A DNA stretch of 23,360 nucleotides from contig JBKBRF010000072.1 of the NCBI GenBank assembly GCA_046292385.1, forward strand, positions 1 through 23,360. Direction: 5' to 3'. Position numbers and translations under genes: made by a program. Below are positions 1 to 7,502 of this stretch, piece after piece. The DNA is from Armatimonadota bacterium. Its GTDB lineage: Bacteria; Armatimonadota; SYMT01. The notes beneath the pieces are model-generated. The model did no database searches, had not been told where the DNA came from, and saw only the letters and a list, made by a program, of their open reading frames with translations. Position 1 is the first letter of the stretch; each line of letters opens with the position of its first letter.

Positions 1-108
1 GAGGGTGGTTTGGGAGGGGGAAGCCTCCGCGGCCCTGCCGACTTCCCTTTCCCCCCCCCCCCCCCCTTTTTCCCCCCCCCCCCCCCCCCGGGCCTGCTGG
101 TAACGACA

Positions 109-1530
109 GTGTCGCAGGCAATCAACCCGCAGATCCGGCAGCGGCGCCTCCTGCTCGCCTACACGGCGATGCTGGCGCTGGGACTGGGTGCTTACGTCCT
201 CATTCGCCACTTCGGCAGCGGTCTCGCTGCGCCGCCCGCCCCGCTTCCCGCCGCCCGGCCGGCGTCCGGCGGCTCCCACGGAAGCGGCCTGCTCCCGCTG
301 CTCATCGCACTCCTCACGATCATCGTCGCCGCCAGGGCGCTGGGCGCGGTCTTCCGCTTCTTCCGCCAGCCCGCCGTGATCGGGGAGGTGCTCGCCGGGA
401 TCCTGCTGGGTCCCTCGCTGCTGGGAAAGCTCTCTCCGGCGCTCTCCGCCGCCCTCTTCCCGGCCGAGGTCACGCCGCTCATCGGCACGCTCGCTCAGGT
501 CGGCGTACTGCTCTTCATGTTCGTGATCGGCCTGGAGCTCGACCTCGGCGTACTGCGGCGGGACGCGCACTCGACCCTCGCGATCTCCCACGCCAGCATC
601 CTGATCCCGTTCGTAATGGGCGCGGCGCTGGCGCTCTGGCTCTACCCGCTGCTCTCCACGGCGGACGTCTCCTTCACGGCGTTCTCGCTGTTCCTCGGCA
701 TCTCGATGTCGGTCACCGCTTTCCCCGTGCTGGCCCGCATCTTGTCCGACCGCAAGCTGCAGCACACGGAGACCGGCACGCTGGCGCTGATCTGCGCGGC
801 GGTGGGCGACGTCACCGCCTGGTGCCTGCTGGCGTTCGTGGTCGGCATCATCCAGGCCCGGCTCGATACCGCCATCTGGACCGCCGCGCTCACCGCCCTT
901 TACGTGACCGGGATGTTCCTCGTGGTCCGGCCGCTCGCCGTGCGCTTAGCCGACTGGTATGAGCGAAGCGAGGACGGAGAGCAGGCGATGATGGGGGTGG
1001 TTTGCGTCATGCTCCTGGTCTCCAGCATGGCCACCGAGTACATCGGCATCCACACCCTGTTCGGAGCGTTCCTGATCGGTGCGGTGATCCCGCACGAGTC
1101 CCGCCTGGCGCGCTCCCTGGAGACCCGGCTGCGGGACCTGGTGGTGGTGATGTTCCTGCCCGCCTTCTTTGCCTTCAGCGGGCTGCGCACCCGGATCGAC
1201 CTGATCGGTCCCGGGCAGTGGTGGATCTGCGGTGTCATCGTGCTGGTGGCGTGCCTGGGCAAGTTCGGCGGCACCAGCCTGGCAGCCCGCGCTGCCGGCC
1301 TCTCATGGCGCCGCGCCACGGTGCTGGGCATCCTGATGAACACGCGGGGCCTGATGGAGCTGATCGTGCTGAACATCGGCCTCGACCTCGGGGTGATCTC
1401 CCCCACCCTTTTCGCCATGCTGGTCCTGATGGCGCTGATCACTACCTTCCTCACCACGCCGGTTCTGGACTGGCTGGCAGCCAGGAACCCGGATCAAGAC
1501 GGGTTTCAACGCGGCGCGGCCGGAGCGTAG
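109..1530 (+). CDS. Cation:proton antiporter, CPA2 (KefB/CHX-like Na+/K+:H+ exchanger)
   Basis: Polytopic hydrophobic protein with family motifs QPAVIGEVLAGILLGPS, LFMFVIGLELD, SVTAFPVLARIL, GDVTAW, GKFGG, LMNTRGLMELIVLNIG. Start placed at in-frame GTG 109 because the ORF-track start at 10 runs through the poly-C tract; the exact start is uncertain. Confidence 0.9.
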   Translation: MSQAINPQIRQRRLLLAYTAMLALGLGAYVLIRHFGSGLAAPPAPLPAARPASGGSHGSGLLPLLIALLTIIVAARALGAVFRFFRQPAVIGEVLAGILLGPSLLGKLSPALSAALFPAEVTPLIGTLAQVGVLLFMFVIGLELDLGVLRRDAHSTLAISHASILIPFVMGAALALWLYPLLSTADVSFTAFSLFLGISMSVTAFPVLARILSDRKLQHTETGTLALICAAVGDVTAWCLLAFVVGIIQARLDTAIWTAALTALYVTGMFLVVRPLAVRLADWYERSEDGEQAMMGVVCVMLLVSSMATEYIGIHTLFGAFLIGAVIPHESRLARSLETRLRDLVVVMFLPAFFAFSGLRTRIDLIGPGQWWICGVIVLVACLGKFGGTSLAARAAGLSWRRATVLGILMNTRGLMELIVLNIGLDLGVISPTLFAMLVLMALITTFLTTPVLDWLAARNPDQDGFQRGAAGA

Positions 1531-1564
1531 TACTTCGTCAGCCCGGGATGAAGGGGTGGATTCG

Positions 1565-1652
1565 GCAAGGGAGAGTGGGCGAGAGGGCGAGCTTGAGAAG
1601 CTGCTTACGGGAGCGGGTCTCCCATTCCCCCACTCTCCCTTGCTCCCACTCC
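1565..1652. repeat. Intergenic inverted repeat built from ~8-bp GGGAGAGT-type units
   Basis: GCAAGGGAGAGTGGG (1565-1579) is the exact reverse complement of CCCACTCTCCCTTGC (1629-1643), with degenerate units either side; AGGGAGAGTGGG recurs at 5872-5883. Confidence 0.75.
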
Positions 1653-1719
1653 AACAGTTCAGAAGTACCTGGACACACCAGTAGGTCTGGTCGGCCCGCT
1701 CCCGGGGGAGGGACCCTCG

Positions 1720-2322
1720 TTGAAGAAGCTGATGAAACTCCGAACCGACGAGCTGCTGCAGGAGCTCGCCGCGGGGCACGCGGCGCCTGCCGCCGGGAGC
1801 GCGCTGGCGCTGACTGGAGCCCTCGCCGCGGCGCTGGTGGAGATGGTCGCCCGGCTCACCCGAGAGAAGGCCGAGTCCGGTCCGGACCGGCTCCGGGAGC
1901 GCTACGGTCCGTACCGCCCGCGCGCCGACGAGATCCGTGCCGAAGCGACGGCGCTCCGGCAGGAGCTCCAGGCACTCGTCCAGGAAGACGCCGAGCTGGT
2001 CAGCTCTCTCATCGCGCAGCGGCGACTGGGTACCTCGGTACCGGCCGCCACTTCCGGGTGGGCCGGCGCCGCGGGCACCTTGCTGCGGATCGCCCGGGCC
2101 GCCCTTCGGGTCCACGCGCTCGCGACGGAGCTGCAGGCCCACGGTTACCGAACCGCCGCCGGGGATGCGCACACCGCCGCGCAGTTAGCACGGCTGGCAG
2201 CCGAAGGGGCACTGGCTCTCGCCGAGGGCAACCTCCGGGACGGCGCGGATGACGCAACGGGAGCGGAGTACCGGGAGCTGGCCGAACAGCTTCGCCGGCT
2301 GGGCGCACCGTCGCTGGAGTGA
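1720..2322 (+). CDS. Cyclodeaminase/cyclohydrolase family protein (FTCD_C / FchA-like)
   Basis: N-terminal motif LAAGHAAPAAGSALALTGALAAALVEMVARLT resembles the family PGGGSxxAxxGAxxxALxxMVxxLT; helical Ala/Leu-rich body; C-terminal GDAxTAAxLAxxAAxGA...NL. GGAGG precedes TTG 1720; alternative ATG at 1732. Confidence 0.8.
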   Translation: MKKLMKLRTDELLQELAAGHAAPAAGSALALTGALAAALVEMVARLTREKAESGPDRLRERYGPYRPRADEIRAEATALRQELQALVQEDAELVSSLIAQRRLGTSVPAATSGWAGAAGTLLRIARAALRVHALATELQAHGYRTAAGDAHTAAQLARLAAEGALALAEGNLRDGADDATGAEYRELAEQLRRLGAPSLE

Positions 2323-2372
2323 TCGGCAGCAGCGGCTGTTGGGCTAAATCGCCGGTGCGGTATGAAGGAGCT

Positions 2373-2663
2373 ATGGGAGATCCTTCGACCCCACCGACAC
2401 CCTGCGCGCTCTGCGGCCGCGCCGTGGAGGCGCTCACCCGGCACCACCTCCGTCCGAAAGCGCATGGAGGCGTTGAGACGGTACTGCTCTGCTCCGGCTG
2501 CCACCGCCAGGTGCACGCGCTCTTCACCAACCGCACGCTGGCCGCGGAGTACGACTCCCTGGAGAAGCTCCGCGCCGATCCGGCCATTCAGGCCTACGTC
2601 CGCTGGGCTCACCGCCAGCACGACCGGCGGTTCCGCGTCCGCAAGAGCCGGGCCCGCCGCTAG
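2373..2663 (+). CDS. Small HNH endonuclease-family protein (YisB-like)
   Basis: CALCGR...LTRHHLRPKAHGG...LCSGCHRQVHALFTN: two CxxC pairs plus HNH-type histidines, basic C-terminus. ATG 2373 follows AAGGAG. Confidence 0.85.
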   Translation: MGDPSTPPTPCALCGRAVEALTRHHLRPKAHGGVETVLLCSGCHRQVHALFTNRTLAAEYDSLEKLRADPAIQAYVRWAHRQHDRRFRVRKSRARR

Positions 2664-2780
2664 GTACAGGAGACAGCAAAGCGGCGGCTAACTTGTTTGC
2701 GGCTGTGTGTGCTGTAAATCGCGGCGGGTACGAAGAGCGGTGTCAGGAACTGGCCTGTCGAGGCACCACTGGAGGAACGG

Positions 2781-3983
2781 ATGAGCAAACCCCGGGTCGC
2801 GCTGCTTCGGTGCGGAGCGGAGGCGACAGAAGCGGAGATCGCCGCGCGGACGCGGGAGGCGGTAACGATGGTCGGCGGGCTGCGGGAGCGGCTGGCGGGC
2901 AAGCGCAAGATCGTCGTCAAGCCGAACATCGGGATCGACCGCGTGCGCCTCACCGGCGGGCGCCAGACCGAGCTGACGGAGCCGGCGGTGGTAGAGGGCG
3001 TGCTCCAGGCGCTGCGGGAGGTGACCGATGCCGAGATCCTCATCGGGGACGCGCCGACCGACGACTCCGCCGCCGCGCTCTATGAGAAGCTCGGCTACGA
3101 CCGCCTCGTCTCCCGGTTCCAGAACGTGCGGATGGTCGACTTCGGGGCCGGGCCGTTCGTGGAAGTGGAGGTGCCGGGGGAGCCGCTGCAGTTCTCCCGC
3201 TACTGGCTGCACCACGAGCTGGCGGAGGCGGACGCCTGCGTCTCGGTGGCGAAGATGAAGGCGCACCGGTCGCTCGGCTGCACGCTCTGCATCAAGAACC
3301 TGTTCGGCCTCACGCCGTGGCGGATCTACGGCCAGCCGCGCGTCTACCTGCACGATCGCCTGGTCCGCCTGCCGCGGGTGCAGGTCGACCTCGCCGCCTA
3401 CTTCAAGCCGGCGCTCTGCGTGGTCGACGGCATCATGACCGCCAACCACGGGGAGTGGCACGGCACGCCGATCGAGACGGGCGTGCTGCTCGCCGGCGAG
3501 AGCTGCGTCGCCACCGACAGCGTCGGGATGCAGGTCATGGGCTTCAATCCGCTCGGCGACTACCCGGACCACCCCCACTGGTACCGCCGGAACAGCATCC
3601 GCCTGGCGCACGAGGCCGGGCTGGGCACCGCGGATCCGGACGAGATCGAGGTGCTGGGCGAGGAGCCGGCGGCGGTGCGGCAGCGGTTCGAGGTGCAGCC
3701 ATACGGCGAGGGGGCTTCCGCCCGGGAGGCGGAGCTGGCGGCCGGCGTGCGGTGCGTGGAGCGGTACCAGGAGCAGCGGGACCGCTACCTGCGCGACTAC
3801 GAAGGCCGGTATCTCACCTTCCGGGATGGCGAGCTGCTCTGGGACGCGCCCGACATGGCGGCGGTGCAGGCGCTGGAGAAGGAGCGCTGCGCCGGCTGGC
3901 GGGACGCGCCGCACTTCACCATCCGGGCGGTGCCGGCGGCCCGGGAGATCGAGCGGCTGGAGACCTACGCCGCGGGAGGGTAG
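2781..3983 (+). CDS. DUF362 domain protein with an extra C-terminal domain
   Basis: DUF362-type motifs IVVKPN, TEPAVV, IGDAP, SVAKMKAH...TLCIKNLFG, VVDGI, VATDSV...MGFNP; GGAGGA RBS before the ATG. Confidence 0.85.
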   Translation: MSKPRVALLRCGAEATEAEIAARTREAVTMVGGLRERLAGKRKIVVKPNIGIDRVRLTGGRQTELTEPAVVEGVLQALREVTDAEILIGDAPTDDSAAALYEKLGYDRLVSRFQNVRMVDFGAGPFVEVEVPGEPLQFSRYWLHHELAEADACVSVAKMKAHRSLGCTLCIKNLFGLTPWRIYGQPRVYLHDRLVRLPRVQVDLAAYFKPALCVVDGIMTANHGEWHGTPIETGVLLAGESCVATDSVGMQVMGFNPLGDYPDHPHWYRRNSIRLAHEAGLGTADPDEIEVLGEEPAAVRQRFEVQPYGEGASAREAELAAGVRCVERYQEQRDRYLRDYEGRYLTFRDGELLWDAPDMAAVQALEKERCAGWRDAPHFTIRAVPAAREIERLETYAAGG

Positions 3984-3987
3984 CCGG

Positions 3988-5139
3988 ATGGCGGCGCGGT
4001 TCTGGATGGCGGCGGCGCTCTTCCACGCCGGGATGCTCGTAGTGACCGCCCTGATGGCCCGGCGGTGGGTCGGTCGCCTCAAGAAGCCGCGCGCCGGGTG
4101 GCTCTGGTCGCTCTTCATCCTGGCGGATTCCGTCACCTTCGCGACCGCCGCCGGGGTGCTCGCCGCCTTCACCGCGCCGCTGGTGCCGGAGCCGGCGTTC
4201 GCCGCGCTGCGGCTGGTGTCGCAGGCGATCTTCGGCGAGGGGCTCCTGCTCGCGCTGGGCGTGGCGGGCCTGCACCTCCGGGAGCGCGCGCCTCGGGTGC
4301 GGGTCGGAGTGCTGCTTGGCCTGACGGCGGCAATCCTGCTCGCCTACTGGGAAGGCTACCACCACGGACCTTACAACCTGCAGGTGCGGACCCACCGGCT
4401 GACCTCCGCCGCGCCGGCGAAGACGCCCGTCCGCATCCTCCACCTTTCCGACCTCCAGACCCACGCGATCCGAGGCTACGAGCGCCGGGTCTTCGCCGCC
4501 GCGGCCGCCACGCGGCCGGACCTGGTCGTCTTCACCGGCGACTACATCCAGCCGCGCCTGGGCAGCCGGGTCGAGCCGGCCTGGGCCGACTTCCGCCGGC
4601 TGCTGGAGGAGACCAACCTGCGACCGCCGCTCGGCTTCTATGCCGTCGGCGGCGACGTGGAGGCAGACGAGGGCGGCGACTGGCAGCGACGCTTCGAGGG
4701 GCTGCCGGTCACCTGCCTCGAGAACTCGGTCGCGCGGACGCCGCTGCCGGACGGGCGCACGCTGGCCCTGGTGGGGCTGGAGATCGAGACGAGCCGCGGG
4801 CGGGACGCGGCGCCGGTCCACCGCCTGCTGCGGGAAGCGCAGCCCGCCGACGCGCTGCTGGTGCTGGGGCACCGGCCCGACTTCGTCCAGCAGCTGGTCG
4901 GCCGGGACGAGGTGAACCTCGCACTGGCGGGCCACACCCACGGCGGGCAGGTGGTGCTGCCCGTGCTGGGGCCGCTCATCACGCTGAGCCGCCTCCCCAC
5001 CCGGCACGCCGGCGGCATGAGCAGCTACCGCGGCGTGCCGCTCCACGTCTCCCGCGGTATCGGGATGGAGCGGATGTCTGCCCCGCAGGTGCGGTTCCTC
5101 TGCCCGCCGGAGATCTGCGTGATCGAAGCGGAGCTCTGA
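3988..5139 (+). CDS. Membrane-anchored calcineurin-like metallophosphoesterase (YkuE/YaeI-like) with variant metal ligands
   Basis: About four N-terminal TM segments, then LHLSDLQ, FTGDY, GGDVE, GHRPD, LAGHTHGGQV, HVSRGIG...RFLCPPEI. ATG 3988 lies 4 nt after the DUF362 stop. Confidence 0.88.
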   Translation: MAARFWMAAALFHAGMLVVTALMARRWVGRLKKPRAGWLWSLFILADSVTFATAAGVLAAFTAPLVPEPAFAALRLVSQAIFGEGLLLALGVAGLHLRERAPRVRVGVLLGLTAAILLAYWEGYHHGPYNLQVRTHRLTSAAPAKTPVRILHLSDLQTHAIRGYERRVFAAAAATRPDLVVFTGDYIQPRLGSRVEPAWADFRRLLEETNLRPPLGFYAVGGDVEADEGGDWQRRFEGLPVTCLENSVARTPLPDGRTLALVGLEIETSRGRDAAPVHRLLREAQPADALLVLGHRPDFVQQLVGRDEVNLALAGHTHGGQVVLPVLGPLITLSRLPTRHAGGMSSYRGVPLHVSRGIGMERMSAPQVRFLCPPEICVIEAEL

Positions 5140-5154
5140 TCCCGGCGGACCGCG

Positions 5155-5811
5155 CTACTTCTTCTCCGGGACCGCCTCCAGGCTGATCGCGACGTCGACG
5201 TCGTTCGCGAGCGCCAGCACGCCATCGAACACCTGGTGGTAGGTCAGGCCGAACTCCTGCCGGTTCAGCCGCGTCCGGGTCTCCACGCCGATCCGCGTGC
5301 CGGCCTGGGGAACCGTGATCGGTCCGGCCACCCGGAACGGCAGCGCCACCTCGCGGGAGATCCCCTTGATGGTGAGCGGTCCGTGCGCGACGAAGCCGTC
5401 CCGCGCCTTCTCCACTCGCGTGCTCCGGAAGGTGATCTCCGGGAACTTCTCCACGTCGAAGAAGTCGGCGCTGCGCAGGTGCTCGTCCCGCGCGGCGATG
5501 TCGGTGTCGATACTGGCGGTCTTGATCGTCACCTGCACCGACGCCTTCTCCGGCGAGTCCCCCTCGGCGACGATCGTCCCCGCGAACTCGTCGAAGCGGC
5601 CGCGGATCATCGCCAGGCCCAGGTGCTTGATCGCGAAGCTGACGTTGCTGTGCAGCGGATCGAGGGTCCACGTGCCGCGCAGCGGCCCGGAAGCCGGCGC
5701 GGTATCCACCGGCGCCTGCGCGCGGGTCTCGACGGCGCTCCAGGCATTCAGCCCGGCGATCCCGGCCGCGGCGATGACGGTGACGGCGGCTCTCTTCAAC
5801 AGCGGCTGCAT
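5155..5811 (-). CDS. YceI family polyisoprenoid/lipid-binding protein, secreted
   Basis: Signal peptide then WTLDPLHSNVSFAIKHLG, RGRF, SIDT...RDEHLRSADFFDVEKFPEITFRST, GPLTIKG, LNRQEFG; purine-rich RBS (AAGAAGGGG) upstream. Confidence 0.93.
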   Translation of the reverse strand: MQPLLKRAAVTVIAAAGIAGLNAWSAVETRAQAPVDTAPASGPLRGTWTLDPLHSNVSFAIKHLGLAMIRGRFDEFAGTIVAEGDSPEKASVQVTIKTASIDTDIAARDEHLRSADFFDVEKFPEITFRSTRVEKARDGFVAHGPLTIKGISREVALPFRVAGPITVPQAGTRIGVETRTRLNRQEFGLTYHQVFDGVLALANDVDVAISLEAVPEKK

Positions 5812-5853
5812 CTGCGTGTTCCCCTTCTTTCGTGAGTCTCCAGGTAGCTCTGG

Positions 5854-6040
5854 TGTGTGGGAGTGGGCGCGAGGGAGAGTGGGAGAAGTCTGTTGCAGGT
5901 TAGCAAGTTGGCAGGTTGCAGGTTGAACTCCCGGTGAGCGGGGTTCGGAAACCTGGAACCTGCAAACCTGGAACCTGCTAACAGCCTCAAGGGATCAGAT
6001 CTCCAAGTCTCCCACGCTCCATTGTCAAACTCGCCCATCG
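5854..6040. repeat. Nested inverted short-tandem-repeat array (8-bp outer units, 7/8-bp GCAGGTT/AACCTGC inner units)
   Basis: Outer GTGTGGGAGTGGGCGCGAGGGAGAGTGGGAGA faces degenerate CTCCCACGCTCC units at ~6000-6040. Inner GCAGGTT repeats (5891-5925) face an exact tandem 15-mer AAACCTGGAACCTGC x2 (5949-5978). Confidence 0.75.
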
Positions 6041-6059
6041 ACCCCGGCCGGACGGAGTA

Positions 6060-7280
6060 CTAATGGCCCGGGATCGGCTTCTGGTCCTTCCAGACCTTGA
6101 TCCAGTGATTGCGGTAAACGACGTGCGGGATGCTGCTGATCCGCTGCGCCGGCATGTGGCAGCTCGTACAGCCGGACTGCGTGTTCACCTTACAGAGCAC
6201 CTGCGCGGGCGCGCTGGAGTGACAGCTCCGGCAGGTACGATCGCTGTTCTCCAGCACCGGGTCGCTGTCCTTATGCGGGTCGTGACAGGTGACGCAGGAG
6301 AGCTGGTTGCTCTTCTGATAGCAGGCGCTCTTCTCCAGCGCCAGCCCCTGGAAGCGCGGCAGGTTGCGCTGCACCTGGGGCTTACGCAGGTCGGCGTTCT
6401 CCGAGGTGCGGTGACACGCGCCGCAGATCTTGTTGATCCGGTCCGGCGAGGCCTCTCCTAGGCGCTCGATCTCCGGGTCCTTCCCCAGCCCCTGGATCCG
6501 CATCACGTGCGGCCGGCCCGGGCCGTGGCACCGCTCGCAGCCGACGCCGAGCTGCGACGCGGCGAGGTTCAGCTTGCCCAGGTCCTTCTTGAGCGTGGTG
6601 ACGTGGCAGAGGAGGCAGCCTTCCAGCGCCGCCCCCGCCTCGATGTTGCCGCCCGGGTGCTGGATCGGATCGGTCTCCAGGAGCGTCGGCGTAAAGTCCC
6701 ACTTCTTCGCCTGCGTGTAGAAGCTCGTCCGGTGCTTCATGTAGGCTTTGGGATCGACCTCTGTAAAGAAGGTGATGGCGTTCCGACCGCTGCCCATCGC
6801 GTAGTCCGCCGGAAGCTCGCCCTGGTTCTTCCCATCCGTCGCGGAGAAGAGCATCTTGCCGTCGGACACTCGGGTTTGATACGAGAGGCCGCGACCTTTG
6901 TCCCGGACTGTATTGCCCACGCGGAAGGCGTCCCCGTGCGTCTCCAGCGTCACCTTCTGCAGCGTCTCGCTGTGGCGCGTGCCGGTGTGGTCCCGGTGCG
7001 CCTCCTGGTGGCAGCTCGCGCAGGCGGCGTCGCCCAGGTAGTCCTTCGCCTCCAGCGAGGTGAGCGTCTGGCGGGAGTCCCGTACGTCGACCGCCTTCGG
7101 CTCCTCCTCCGGAGCAACCTGGGCGCTGGGAGCGGGCGGCGTGGGGCGCTTCTGCAGGGCCGCCCCGGAACAGCCGGCCAGGAGCAGCGCGGCCAGGAGC
7201 GCGATCAATCGGGGAGAGGGTGGCCTACGCCGCGCGACGGGAGCGCGGACCGAATCGGACGGAGACTTCCAGCGGTACAT
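6060..7280 (-). CDS. Multiheme c-type cytochrome lipoprotein (c554/c552-like, 7 CXXCH)
   Basis: Lipobox LLLAGC; heme motifs CASCH, CLLCH, CERCH, CGACH, CVTCH, CRSCH, CTSCH; YLGDAACASCH, VGCERCHGPG and CHMP...HWI features typical of this family. Confidence 0.9.
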   Translation of the reverse strand: MYRWKSPSDSVRAPVARRRPPSPRLIALLAALLLAGCSGAALQKRPTPPAPSAQVAPEEEPKAVDVRDSRQTLTSLEAKDYLGDAACASCHQEAHRDHTGTRHSETLQKVTLETHGDAFRVGNTVRDKGRGLSYQTRVSDGKMLFSATDGKNQGELPADYAMGSGRNAITFFTEVDPKAYMKHRTSFYTQAKKWDFTPTLLETDPIQHPGGNIEAGAALEGCLLCHVTTLKKDLGKLNLAASQLGVGCERCHGPGRPHVMRIQGLGKDPEIERLGEASPDRINKICGACHRTSENADLRKPQVQRNLPRFQGLALEKSACYQKSNQLSCVTCHDPHKDSDPVLENSDRTCRSCHSSAPAQVLCKVNTQSGCTSCHMPAQRISSIPHVVYRNHWIKVWKDQKPIPGH

Positions 7281-7292
7281 CTCGCTAGTTTA
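7281..7292 (-). promoter_or_regulatory. Putative -10 box (TAAACT) of a leaderless transcript
   Basis: Minus strand reads TAAACT-agcgag-ATG: a TANNNT hexamer 6 nt before the start codon, with no strong Shine-Dalgarno. Confidence 0.5.
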
Positions 7293-7438
7293 GCGGCAGC
7301 ACGGCCGCTGCGACACTTGATTCCCTACCAGGGTCCGGTGCGGGGCTCGGGTCACCGGCTCCAATGCCGGCCGCAGACAGACCATCCCGCCCCGGCTGCT
7401 CAAGCCACTTCCCCTCCGCCCAGGTGCGGGACCGAGCC

Positions 7439-7470
7439 CAATCCGTCGGATTGCCGTTAAGTAATTAAAA
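7439..7470. promoter_or_regulatory. Palindromic candidate operator next to an AT-rich patch in a divergent promoter region
   Basis: CAATCCG-T-CGGATTG (7439-7453) is a perfect 7-bp inverted repeat, followed by TTAAGTAATTAAAA (7457-7470). Confidence 0.4.
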
Positions 7471-7502
7471 GGCGGACCGACCGCCGCCGTTCAGGAGCCA
7501 GC

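Noticed and set aside
10..108. Proline-rich N-terminal domain on the antiporter
   Set aside because: Encoded by the poly-C tract at the window start, which is probably artefactual.
2373..5139. Anti-phage defence operon (HNH + DUF362 + phosphoesterase)
   Set aside because: The HNH is a small YisB-like type, the phosphoesterase is a membrane YkuE type, codon use is host-like, and no ATPase, methylase or other defence marker is present.
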